From Catajapyx aquilonaris (Eukaryota): 50,699 nucleotides of DNA. Shown one piece after another: positions 1-10,781 of the stretch. The position numbers and the translations under genes were made by a program. The notes below the pieces were generated by a model. That model ran no database searches and was not told where the DNA came from. It was given only the letters and a program-made list of their open reading frames with translations. Location: NCBI GenBank assembly GCA_000934665.2, contig KZ538728.1, positions 1 through 50,699 on the forward strand. The letters run 5' to 3'. Numbering within the stretch: position 1 is the first letter of the stretch; each line of letters begins with the position of its first letter.

Positions 1-278
1 TGCCGCCACGCGGGGAACAGGGGAACTGGAGGGCTGCACCGCTCTGGGATGGGCCTAAGCGCGCGGGTAGGCGGGAGCAGCCCTCCAGTTCCCAAGGTCC
101 CGAGGGCGACGCTGGCGGATGGCCAGCTTCTAGCGCACTATTTGAATTTCACCACTTCGACCCCTCGCCCTGGGATTACCGTTCCGCGTAGCGAAAAACG
201 GATTGCACCTTCCGATTCAGGATTTTTTTTGCCCGATTTTTAGAGCCAAACTGTTTTTTTTTTAAGTGGAGTGTCCCT
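1..278. mobile_element. Right end of a Kolobok-like non-autonomous DNA transposon (left end outside window)
   Basis: Ends in AAGTGGAGTGTCCCT followed by TTAA, resembling the TTAA-flanked element at 2608-4201; internal hairpin GGGAACTGGAGGGCTGC...GCAGCCCTCCAGTTCCC (21-93). Confidence 0.5.
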
Positions 279-307
279 TTAAAATAGGTGCTTTTCAAAC
301 CCTGCAC

Positions 308-473
308 GAAAAAGTAACTTAGTAACTTTCGTTACAAAGTTACTGTTTAAAGGTAACTAGTTACAAGTACTAGTTACTTGTGCACAAAAGTAACGAAGTT
401 ACCGGGAAAAGTACTCAAAAAGTAACTAGTTACTAGTAACGCGTTATTTCTACTCAGTTACTACCCAACTCTG
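308..473. mobile_element. hAT-like MITE fragment with GTAACT/AGTTAC subterminal repeats
   Basis: Many GTAACT/GTTACT motifs in both orientations, ending in CCCAACTCTG (reverse complement of a CAG-type TIR); left TIR not found. Confidence 0.45.
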
Positions 474-568
474 GTAAGAATATTATTCAGGTCTGCTTCT
501 GGCCTTCTGGCACGTCTTTTCAACCCACTTTCTTTTTCATGTCATTCTAAGGAGTACTGTAGGGCAAT

Positions 569-650
569 ATACCATAATGCTCAAAAAGATGGAGATGATT
601 TTGTATTTGGTTTTAATGCAAAATTGTCTCTTATCTTTTTCAGCAATATA
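569..650. mobile_element. ~85-bp hairpin MITE, copy 1 of 3
   Basis: CTCAAAAAGATGGAGATGATTTTG...ATGCA(A/C)AAT(C/T)(G/T)TCTC is shared with 15175-15256 and 34937-35019; imperfect palindrome. Confidence 0.65.
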
Positions 651-1121
651 ATAATAATAATTCATACCTGTTATCAGCCATCGGCTCTTTAGGGGGGAAG
701 TTTGTTTTGCCTGGAACTCTTTGCTTTCAAAAACCAAAACCGTCGACGGCCTGTGTGAATGGGCCTAGAGTCCTAAGCACTGGGCTCTGACTTGTCTCAC
801 ACTTGAAAGCAAGCTCCTGTGTTGTCCATTGCCAAGTTTCCTGCATGCAACATTCAACAGCTGCGAGCGCGACAGGCTCGGGTCATCTGAGGGTGATGGT
901 AGGGTGGGGAGGTCACGTTTTGTTTCTCCTCTCTCTCTCTCTCTCCTTCCCCCCCCCTCCCCCCCGCACGCGATGTGGGCACCTCCTATATACCAGATCA
1001 AATTGTAATGGTCGGCACTTCAAAACCTACTGTCAGTTTTATTCTACTCTGGACTCACGCCATCAAGCCCCTCTCTGCTCCACCCATCCACCCTTTCATG
1101 GACTGTATTTGTTACCAGCCA

Positions 1122-1745
1122 CGGGCGACACGGTGGCCGAGTGGTTAGCACCGGAGACTTCCACCTCTAAGGTCCCGAGTGCGATCCCCGGGTCGGACGG
1201 AGGATACTTATGTGGATAGAGTTACGATGGGTTCTCTCCGTGTTCGTGTGGGTTTTCTTGGGGTTCTCCCGTTTCCTCCCACTATCAAAATCCATCACAC
1301 CAAAGGAAATGATTAAAGTCAGTTTACGAAAAGATGATCCCCTAGGAGTCCCAAGGAGCCCTATCATGGGGTATCCCAAGGGGATAGTCACTCCTCAAAA
1401 AAGTGTACACCAGCTCTCTTGGGCACCGGCTCTCCGTGGCTCTCCTCTGCTCTCCCTGGCTCTCTGCGGCACCAGTGAGCCTGTAAGACCATGGGTGAAC
1501 TGGTGTATACTCACTGATGAGCATGTTGGTGAGCCGAGGAGAGCCGCGGAGAGCCGCGGAGAGCCCACGGAGAGCCCTCGGAGAGCCAGGGTGGGCCGAG
1601 GAGGCCGCTGAAGGCACACTACGTCATATGATGAGGAATGATGAGGAAGAAGGTGCGTTTTGCACCGGCTCTCCGCAGCTCACCAGTGAGGGTGTACACT
1701 GGCTCTCCGAAGTTACTACCCCCTTGGGGTATCCATTATTATTGG
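1122..1745 (+). mobile_element. tRNA-derived SINE with V-domain-like core, interrupted by a MITE at 1377-1726
   Basis: A box TGGCCGAGTGG, degenerate B box AGTGCGATCCC, core GTGTGGGTTTTCTTGGGGTTCTCCCGTTTCCTCCCAC similar to the V-SINE domain, (ATT)n tail; homologous copies at 19730-19982 and 26081-26379. Confidence 0.85.
1377..1726. mobile_element. MITE with CAAGGGG TIRs and 8-bp TSD (P-element/hAT-like)
   Basis: TIR CAAGGGGATAGTCACT / AGTTACTACCCCCTTG; exact TSD GGGTATCC at 1369-1376 and 1727-1734; internal GGCTCTCC/GGAGAGCC repeats. Confidence 0.85.
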
Positions 1746-1937
1746 TAGTTTAAATAGATATCAAATTATCTTAAACTCCAGGTAAAGGTTGGAGAAACCA
1801 GGCATAAGTCACAGTATTCTAGGGTAAAATTTACAAAGGGCCAGTTGCATGATCAATAGTGTATCCACACAGAACAAATGATTAATCCTACATGAATGAC
1901 AGATGTATTATACCTCGCAGGGTGGTGGTAAATAAAC

Positions 1938-1982
<45 letters not shown>

Positions 1983-2034
1983 GATTATTATGATTATTAT
2001 GATTATGATTATTATGATTATTATTATTATTATT
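1938..2034. repeat. (TAT)n/(TATGAT)n microsatellite
   Basis: Directly visible. Confidence 0.95.
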
Positions 2035-2035
2035 A

Positions 2036-2575
2036 CCGTATTTACTCGCATATAAGATGCACCTTTTTTCCGATTTTTGTAGCTCAAAAAGTAGGGTGCG
2101 TCTTATACGCGTGTGCGTCTTATACGGCAGGGCACAACGGGTGAAACCCGTGAGAAATCGTGAAAATTGTTTATTGAAAAATTTAAGCTTGTCGGTTTGA
2201 TGTCCTGTCAGCACAGTTGATCACTTTCCTCTTGAAATCGGCACGGTACGACCTGCGTTTCTCCTTCACTTCCATTGTTATGCTCTCCCCGTCCACACAC
2301 GTGCACAATTCCGGTGTGACCTTGCCACCTATACGTTCAGATGCGCGGCATTGTCCCATTTTCCACTTGCATTTTCCCCCCCCCCTTTTACTGGATTCTA
2401 ATGGATTCCACACGCACATGCATTGCACACGAGGTTGCTGCCGGCAGCTCGAGGCCAGTTCCCAAACTACGGCAATAAATCTGGGTGCGTCTTATATGAG
2501 TCAACAACCGATTTTTCGCCTCAAAACCGGGGTGCGTCTTATACGCGTGTGCGTCTTATATGCGAGTAAATATTG
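2036..2575 (-). mobile_element. pogo-like (Tc1/mariner superfamily) non-autonomous element
   Basis: TA-flanked TIRs CCGTATTTACTCGCATATAAGATGCACC / GCGTCTTATATGCGAGTAAATATTG; minus strand retains MEVKEKRRSYRADFKRKVINCA, resembling the Brinker-type DNA-binding N-terminus of pogo transposases. Confidence 0.8.
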
Positions 2576-2607
2576 TATTATTATTGTTACATGAATGACT
2601 TGATTAA

Positions 2608-4201
2608 GGGCGCACTACAGGCAAAATCAAGGGTTTTGTGAAAAATCGCCAAAAAAACCCATTAGAGACAAGAAGTTGGGACTTCATTTTCATGAATGTA
2701 CATAAGTCAAAGACCTATTAGCGCCTATAATTGAATCACGTTCCTGTGTCGAAGGGCCTCCAGGGCCGCGTGACGTCATGCCACTGTGGGCACGATTTAG
2801 GGCACTGGGGTCAACCTACAACAGTCAGATGGACCTCATGCTTCCTTGAGCATGTAGTTTTCGTGTGACCTAGAATTATAATTTTTGAAATTGATTTATT
2901 TTTTTTGTGACGATTTCAGAAAGATAACTACAAAATTAAGCAGTTTTGAGAAAACATAATTTATTAAAGTTATAAATAGAAGTACGAGGATGGTTCAGTA
3001 AATAACCTTACAAGTTGATTTACAAATTTGTACTATACATTATGTGAACTATTCTTGCTGTAGGTGGTACGGCCATTCATGTAGTAGGTATGGAGCGTTT
3101 CAGATCCACCACGTGACAGCTATTTGAAGATGGCGGCCCTACTGGAGGTGTGCACCATAGAAGAGCAGCGGTTTCCTTGCCAGTGAAGGTGTGAAACCCA
3201 CAGACATTCACAGTCGGATGAAGGCACAGTATGGTAGTGCCTACATATCACTACAGCAGGTGTATGAATGGGCGTGGAAGTTCCCAGGAGGCTTGACAAG
3301 TGTGCTGGACACCCGACGACCTGGTCGCCCGCACACTGATGTCACAGACGAGACTGTAGAGGCCACAGATGTGCGTATTTGTCAAGACCAACGCATCAGT
3401 GTGAATGATGGGAGTGTTGGGTCAGTTGAGGTCATCATACACGAGCACCTGAGATATGCAAAAGTGTCAGCCAGATAGGTTCCCAGGCAATTGACACATG
3501 AATTGAAGGAACTGCGTGTCGATGCGTGTGGAACGCTTCTCAGACTTTACGAAGAGGAAGATGACTTTTTGCATTGCATAGTGACTGGCGATGAATGCTG
3601 GGTGCATCACTTCCAACCAGAACTAAACATTCCAGCAAAGAATGGCGACTCTCGCCTTCCCCAAAATCCAACTGCTCTTCTCTGGTGCACACCTCCAGTG
3701 GGGCCGCCATCTTCAAATAGCTGTCACATGACTACCTGGTGTCACGTGGTGGTTCTGAAATGCTCCACACCTACTATCTGAATGGCCGTACCACCTACAG
3801 CAAGAATAGTTCACATAATGTATAGTACAAATTTGTAAATCAATTTGTAAGGTTATTTACTGAACTACCCTCGTAGTTCGAGCAGGCTAATTCTTTTAGG
3901 CCGAACGATAGCGCCATGTTTGAGGATAAATCTGGTGAAGTGGGAAGTCTGTAGCTAAATTTTTGTGGCATGGGCGATGCCCACAGTGTCCAAATCCGGC
4001 AAACTGAGAAAAACGCGTTTAAAGTTAAAAGAGTCCGAAGGTCGTTGCCCGGCAAGGCTGCCAGGTGTCGGCTCCCGACGCTCCAAATATTTGAATTTCA
4101 GGACGCGGTTTACCGCGTTCGACGCAGGAAAAAGACGCTTGATTTTTTTCAAAAATAAAAATAAAATTGATTTTTTGAAGGTCGATGACTGTAGTGCCCC
4201 C
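2608..4201. mobile_element. Kolobok-like non-autonomous DNA transposon containing a nested mariner
   Basis: TTAA TSD at 2604-2607 and 4202-4205; TIR GGGCGCACTACAG / CTGTAGTGCCCCC (purine-starting TIR with TTAA TSD). Confidence 0.75.
2985..3873 (+). mobile_element. Defective mariner element with ~190-bp inverted arms and transposase pseudogene
   Basis: TA TSD (2983-84, 3874-75); TIR CGAGGATGGTTCAGTAAATAACCTTACAA; transposase remnants 3129-3660 (KPTDIHSRMKAQYG...VYEW...RRPGRP, stop-VPRQL for WVPxxL, IVTGDECWVHHFQPE). Confidence 0.92.
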
Positions 4202-4467
4202 TTAACCTTTCGTTTTGGATTTATGCTCAGTCAAGCCCTTAGATTCTATCTGGGATAAAAGGATTGAGACAATCTTGAACTTCGTTTCTCTTCAAATTGT
4301 CTCATTATTTTTGTCCAATTTATAATACATGTGTTAATATGTCATTTCTTTTTGCAAAATTTGTTATGCATGGGGCATTTTACTGTGCACACGTACAGTA
4401 GAAGTGAAATACATTTTTTCAAAGATCCTCCTTTGTTGGATACAACAGCCAGACATGAGAGATGGTG

Positions 4468-4851
4468 CAGTACCGCTCATAAAGAATGGTACAACTCTAC
4501 GGACAAAATGTTTATTCTGTTCCCAACCCCTGGGTCACTAGCATGTTTTTAGGGGTCATGAGGAAGGCTGGGAAAGGCAATTAAAATCAAGAAAAAAAGA
4601 GAAGAAAAAAACAGGGCATAGTAAGAAAATTTAAGAGGGGAAATTCATCTCAAATCTACATAAGCATTGTACCAGGTTGAACATTTTGGTAAATTTTTTT
4701 TTTGAAAATTCAGAATGGGGTCATGGTGGTCGTTGGAGGTCGAGGACAAATTCTCTATTGAGTCGTGACAAAATCAGGTTGGGAATAATGCTGAATAGTC
4801 GGGATAAATACGCCATCCGTAGGGTCATTCCATTCTTTATGAGCGGGACTG
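4468..4851. mobile_element. Tc1/mariner-type MITE
   Basis: TIR CAGTACCGCTCATAAAGAATGG / CCATTCTTTATGAGCGGGACTG followed by TA. Confidence 0.7.
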
Positions 4852-5000
4852 TACCATAATGTCACAACGTATGCAAAATTATTGTCCTGAAGTATAATGA
4901 CTTTCCTGATAATAAATACTGCTTGCTCCACAGAGACCTCATGACATGCCAAAAAAAAAAAAAAAATTAAACTAATTTTTTCATTTCTTTCATCCCTAAG

Positions 5001-5087
5001 GAAATGATTGATGAGGCTGACCGAGATGGTGATGGGGAAGTGACCCTGGATGATTTTTTGAGGATCTTTGAGAAGCATTTAAACTAA
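5001..5087 (+). CDS. Centrin, duplicated alternative terminal exon A (EF-hand 4; [28 protein letters not shown])
   Basis: CTAAT branch motif, pyrimidine tract and AG at 4999-5000, phase 0; intact EF-hand loop [12 protein letters not shown]; near-duplicate of exon B. Confidence 0.6.
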   Translation, partial: EMIDEADRDGDGEVTLDDFLRIFEKHLN

Positions 5088-5111
5088 TTATATCATTTGT
5101 TTCCTCCCAAG

Positions 5112-5201
5112 GAAATGATTGATGAGGCTGACCAAGATGGTGATGGGGAAGTGACTCTGGATGATTTTTTGAGAATTATGAAAAAGACTTGCCTGTACTG
5201 A
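5112..5201 (+). CDS. CETN2: Centrin (caltractin, CETN1/2-type) terminal coding exon B ([29 protein letters not shown]); upstream exons not found in the window
   Basis: Matches the centrin-1/2 C-terminus [29 protein letters not shown] acceptor at 5110-5111, phase 0; TGA at 5199-5201. Confidence 0.9.
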   Translation, partial: EMIDEADQDGDGEVTLDDFLRIMKKTCLY

Positions 5202-5750
5202 AACACTCAGGCTTAATTATTTAGTTCACAATCATGCTGGGAAGATTTGATTTTGAAACTGAACTATGTGTCAGTCATGTCACCATTTCACACTCCGGTG
5301 TTTGTTGGTGGTGTTGCACATGGTGTCACACATGGTGACAGAAACACTCAGGCTTTTAGTTCACAATCATGCTGGGAACATGATTTTGAAACTGAAATAT
5401 GTGCCAGTGGTGTCACCATTTCACTGTCTTGTGTTGGTTGTGTTGCACGTGGTGTTCAGTACATGTTGGTTGATGAAATTATAAGTTACTCCATGTAATG
5501 GGAGGGAAAAAATTGAATATATGATTTTTTGTAACTAAGCATATTTTTTTCTGCAACACTAACTCTAGAACAGTCTACTCTTTGGGTGAAAGAGTATTAG
5601 GTTCACTGTCTTGTGTTGGTTGTGTTGCACGTGGTGTCCAGTACATGTTGGTTGATGAAATTATAAGTATTGAAAGGAGAAAAGTGAATGTATGATTTTT
5701 TGTAACTAAGCATATTTTTCTGCAACATGAACTCTAGAACACTGTCTACA

Positions 5751-6183
5751 CCAGCCCCCTGACACTTCCTATACCAGTACATTTCTCCCCATGAGCTTAG
5801 CTCTGCTCCCCCATCGAGGGAGTTTGTCACTGGCGGTGCTAGTCTCAGTACCCAACGGGGTACCCTACGCCACAGTGCCTTACCTAGAAAGGATATTCCG
5901 AACCATATCGATCGACTCCGACTCCGACTGGAGTAGTTAAGACCTCCTGTGCTACGCCATGGCTACTCCATAGGAAGCCTTAACTACTCCAGCCAATCGG
6001 AGTCGATCGATATGGTTTTGGAATATCCCCGCTAGGTAAGGCGCTGTGGTGTAGGGTACCCTGTTGGGTACTGAGACTAGCACCGCCTGTGGCAAACACC
6101 CCCCCCCCCCCCACCCCCCCCCTCCCTCAGTGGGGGAGAAGAGCTAAGCTCACACAAAATGACGGGGAGTGTCAGCCGGCTGG
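5751..6183. mobile_element. CCA...TGG foldback element A (6-bp TSD TCTACA)
   Basis: Ends CCAGCCCCCTGACACTTCC / GGGGAGTGTCAGCCGGCTGG; TCTACA at 5745-50 and 6184-89; internal palindrome about 5795-6150. Confidence 0.85.
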
Positions 6184-6371
6184 TCTACACTTGGGGTGAA
6201 AGAGTATTAGTTTCACTGTCCTGTGTTTCCTGGGTGTGTTGCATGTGGTGTCCAGTACATGTTGGTTGATGAAATTATAAGTGACTCGATGTAATTGAAA
6301 GAAAAAAGTGAATATGTTTTTTGTAACTAAGCATATTTTTCTGCAACACTAACTCTAGAACACTGTCTACG

Positions 6372-6750
6372 CCATGGACTAGTAATACTAAGGACTCGTC
6401 ACTCCCCCTCTTATCACGTTGGGAGGCTAACGGGGAGGTAATGCAGTATGGAACCACAGGAGGCGCTGAGCAGGGCCCAGGCCGAAGGGAAGCACTTCGC
6501 GTCGATGCCATCGATCGAATCCTCCCAACGCGCCAATTCAATTCGGTCTTATTTAAACCAGTGACCTGCTGGGGCCTGAGAGAGTGCTCTTCGAACTAGT
6601 CATCTATGGCATCGATGCGAAGTGCTTCTCTTCGGTCTGGACCTTGCTCAGTGCTGCCTGTGGTTCCACACTGCATTACTCGTTAGCCTCGTTAGCCTCC
6701 CAACGAGATAAGAAGGAGAGTGGCCAGTCCTTAGTATTACTAGTCTGTGG
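6372..6750. mobile_element. CCA...TGG foldback element B
   Basis: TIR CCATGGACTAGTAATACTAAGGACT / AGTCCTTAGTATTACTAGTCTGTGG; nearly the whole element is palindromic; flanks TCTACG and TTAACA. Confidence 0.85.
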
Positions 6751-7013
6751 TTAACACTTTGGGTGAAACAGTATTAGTTTCACTCTCCTGTGTTTCTTGG
6801 GTGTGTTGCACATGGTGTCCAGTACATGTTGGTTGATGAAATAAATTATAAGTGACTGAAAAAAGTGACTATGATTTTTTTGTAACTAAGCATTCTTTTA
6901 TTCAACACTAACTGGAGAACAAAGTCTACACTTTAGATGAAACAGTATTAGTTGTTAAGGACTGGGTTTTTTTTCATCCACAATGTTAATGGTTTTATGA
7001 ACATTAAAATGTT

Positions 7014-10000
7014 TTATGAGTAACTTCGAGCTGACGATGACGATGAGTGGTGACGAGAGCTGGACCATGACTGCTGGTAGACATATGTTCCACCATTGTT
7101 ACTTCCACGACGACTATATGAGGTTGCAAATGCACTGCAATAACAATGCACAAAATTATTCATGTTCCTGAAGAAATGCTTCATGAAGACCTCACCCTGC
7201 CTGCACATTGTTGTTTTCTGGGACGAGCACTCGATCTATGACATGGACTATCCCATTGGTGTTGAGGATGTCACTCTTAGTGACAACTGCATCATTGATA
7301 GTGATACGGTCCTTCTTCTTGACAATGCCCACACTGCTCTCCTTTGTTGACACGCCATAGTACAGGTTAGGTTTGAAGGATTCCATTGCCATCATGCCAT
7401 CCACAACATGGTTCTTAATCAGCTATGTCAAGGAAACAAAGATGTCACTCTCTCTGACCAACCTTCATGTGTACAATTTTGTATGGAAGGAAAAGTGCAG
7501 GAGAGGCACAATACTTACATGTATAGTAGAAGGTTTTTTCACATCAACCCCAATCATTCATAGACCTTACAGCACTGCTTGTGCAGGCACGTAATGAGGT
7601 ACAAGAAAAAGAACATGTATGGCCAAGTCAGGAATTGTGTGTNNNNNNNNNNNNNNNNNNNNNNNNGGGCAAGTTTCTATAGTCACATTGCACTGTATGT
7701 GAAGTCCCTCATACAGGATGAATTTCCCTGAGCTTAGTTCTTGTTCCATATGCTAATTCCTAACAGTGCAGTGGTTAAAATTAAAATGTTACTCACAAAA
7801 CACGTGGAATAATTTCATGCATTACCGTGTATTACCCTGATGTAAAGTACAGGTCAGATAGCCCAACTCAAAACCCTGTATTTTGGCTTTTTGTCATTTT
7901 GAGATATTCGCTTTTGAAGTTTGTATGCTTCCGTTATCGTATTATAGGGAAGTGGATGGTTTCAATGTGGCCTTACCTGTTACTACCTCATGAGAGGGTT
8001 CAAATTAAAATTCTGCCACTCTCTCCAGTGTGGGTTAACATCTACTGTACAAGAAATTCATGTGCAATACACTTTTCATTCAGGTGAGATATTCCTACAG
8101 AATTATGGAGGTTGATTCATTCCTAGGGTTAATTACACAGATTTATATTATTATAAATTAAACTACATACATGTGTCAGGTACTCAGTGTCTTTCATCAT
8201 GTTCTGCACACGGTGGCGTCCCATCTTCTGGAAAGCCTCGTCATTTGGCACAAAAAAGGTAAAGGAAGACCCTCTCCTGCGCAGGTCCAGGTCAGGATTG
8301 ACATTCATCACACGTTCCATAGCCTCCAAGAATATTCTGCAATATGAGCCCTTATTTAAAGTTTCAATTTCAATAGAGGTTCTTTTAATTGAATCTTTGG
8401 AATGGTAATTTACTAATCTAGAGTGTAGATTATTGCCTGTAACAGTTGCTGCAATCCTCAACATTATCCCCCAAAAAGATTGTTTGAGTAAAAGATGTTC
8501 AATGTAGCATACGAGAAATTCCCTTCCTTCCTTAGTATGTCCCCAGCAGATTCATTGCAGGGTTGTAGAACCTTGTTGATGACATGAATGACTCCATTCA
8601 TTCCTTCAATATCTGGAGACTCTATGATGGCATCTTCAACACCCAGCGCCTTCCGATACACCATAAGACGGAGAGAATGTTGTTGATCCAAAGATCTAAG
8701 TGACTGGCTGGAAGTCATTCCATTTGTGCGGTGGCGACCCTGCGTCGTGTGGAACAGGACCAATTGCCTTGCCTTGTCTGGATTGCGCTTAGCTTCAGTC
8801 AGCACTGGTGTTGGCATTGCTAAAAATTCAGATATGGTATTGACAATATAATTATGCCCTTAATGTTTTCTAATCACAATTCCAATAGGATTATAATGTC
8901 AGTTAAAAGTTTCATAACAAAAACCTCTTTTCAACATTACTGCAATGCACATTAACCCTCGGACAGTGACATGGGCACTTTTTGTGACCAACGCAACTAT
9001 TTTCGCTATAACATTGAAAATATACCACATATGAGCGTCATCTTTTAGGACATCTCAGTTTGATTTCTTTTGTAATTAATGGCATTTAGTTTAAATTAGT
9101 AAATAGCACAATCACGAAAAAAAATCATTATGTACCGATGCGTAGCAGACTGCATTCCATCAATTTCTGCTTTAAGGTGCACTTACATGTGAGCGATTTG
9201 TGCGTGGCGATGCATCGCCAGCGGTAACATCGCTGTGTAACCAAAGTAACCCGTATTGTTCGAGGCGAAAATCGATTGTTACTTTCGCCCCAAACAATTG
9301 GATACATCGCCGCCGCGAACAAATCACTCACATGTAAAGGCATCTTTACAGAGCTTATCAGTACTGATAAGCTCAGGTCCTCCCTCTGGAAAGCTTAGTG
9401 ATTCATGAAGCCAGTTGTGGTTTTGGGCTTTCGAAAGGAAACCGGTTCGGCCTCTCAAGTGACATGCGTGTATTATGGCCCCAAATACGCATCAGTGCAT
9501 AATTGATTTTTATAAGATCATACTATCTGCTCGAAAATTATAAACTAAATGCCATTCATCGCAGAAGGAATAAACCCAAGATTGTTTTAAAGATGAAGTC
9601 CAAATATCGTCGGTGATCATGCAAAACCTCGTATCTTCCATTGGTTTTTGCAGGAGATACGAGGTTTTGCATGATCACCGACGATATGCTACATTTCCCA
9701 AGTTACGTATAACAAAAAATGTGACTTGGTCACAAAAAGTGCCCACGTCACCAGAGGAAGAACTTCTTACACATCACCGTCCTAGGGTTAAGGAGAAACA
9801 AAAGTTTGATTTTCACTCTATTTACTACAAATCTTTTGGGTTATTCTCAGCCCTGCAGGCATGTAATGGACATACTTAAGACAAAGGCACAATGTCACTT
9901 CACGAGAGCACACTAATCTTAATGCAGTTGTATATCACATCATCACATTGACTGCTTGTAAATGAAGTCTAAATTACATGCTCTGAGGTTTATCCAAAGT

Positions 10001-10712
10001 GAAAGGAAATTCCACACAATTCAATGTTATTATGGTACATTTATTCCTGAACTTATTGCACATGCATAATTTAATTTTTTTAAATTACGCCTTTGGGCGA
10101 TTTGCCCTTTCGGCGGGTACTGCTCCTGCATAAGTATGAGCAATCTCATGATTTGAGTCCCTTTAGAGCTTTAAATGCAATGTAGTCAAATATGCACATA
10201 CTTACAGTACATGGCAGCCTCTGAAGGCACAAATACTGTATAATCTCCTGACTTCTCAAACGCATCTTCAAGTCCTCCTAGCCTGACAAGCTGCTGGAAA
10301 GTGTATAGTTTTTCTGCTGTTGCCAGTTCCATCAGTGACTTAGCTGCAACAAGACTCACTCTGTAACAGTCAAACCACAACATGGATTGCAAGCACTACC
10401 TCTGTTTGGCAGCATTATATCATCCAACATATATATGACCCCATTAGATCCCAAGCTGAAGTCGCCTCGGATACGGTTGTCCTCAATGGTGTGGCCTCGC
10501 CGGTCGCAATCAAAGCGTATCTTATTTTTGCCTGTGGTCCTCATTTTGTGCTCACCTGTTACAGCAGGGAGGCACATGGTGTGGGGTATGACATGGTTGT
10601 CCAACAGAGCTGGAAATATTGCTGCCATTATTGAAGTTACCTTCTGTACCCATCCTCATGCTCATCACTCACCCACATCCAGGCCAGTGACACTAATATA
10701 AAGCATGTAGCC

Positions 10713-10781
<69 letters not shown>

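Larger units (their letters stand above)
1901..2587 (+). mobile_element. Severely 5'-truncated non-LTR retroelement 3' end with (TAT/GAT)n tail
   Basis: 12-bp direct repeat TACATGAATGAC at 1889-1900 and 2588-2599 brackets a short body with AATAAA plus a microsatellite tail, into which a pogo MITE has inserted. Confidence 0.65.
5202..6952 (+). repeat. Composite tandem repeat array between two convergent genes (about 2 x 135 bp, then 4 x ~190 bp units)
   Basis: AACACTCAGGCTT...TAGTTCACAATCATGCTGGGAA twice; TTCACTGTC...CAGTACATGTTGGTTGATGAAAT...TTTTGTAACTAAGCAT...GTCTAC...GGGTGAAA.AGTATTAG starting at about 5419, 5602, 6211 and 6779. Confidence 0.9.
8956..9787. mobile_element. piggyBac-type non-autonomous element in TGFBI-like intron 9
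   Basis: TTAA TSD 8952-55 and 9788-91; CCCT...AGGG ends; subterminal inverted repeat GGGCACTTTTTGTGACCAA / TTGGTCACAAAAAGTGCCC. Confidence 0.85.

Noticed and set aside
5419..6952. Repeat-spacer-like pattern suggestive of CRISPR
   Set aside because: Eukaryotic context, ~190-bp degenerate units, the 'spacers' are TIR elements, and no cas genes are present.
7423..7440. TTTCCTTGAC U12-like branch motif at the 3' end of TGFBI-like intron 11
   Set aside because: Only 4 nt from the intron end, and the donor is GTATGT (U2-type), so it is a pyrimidine tract rather than a minor intron.
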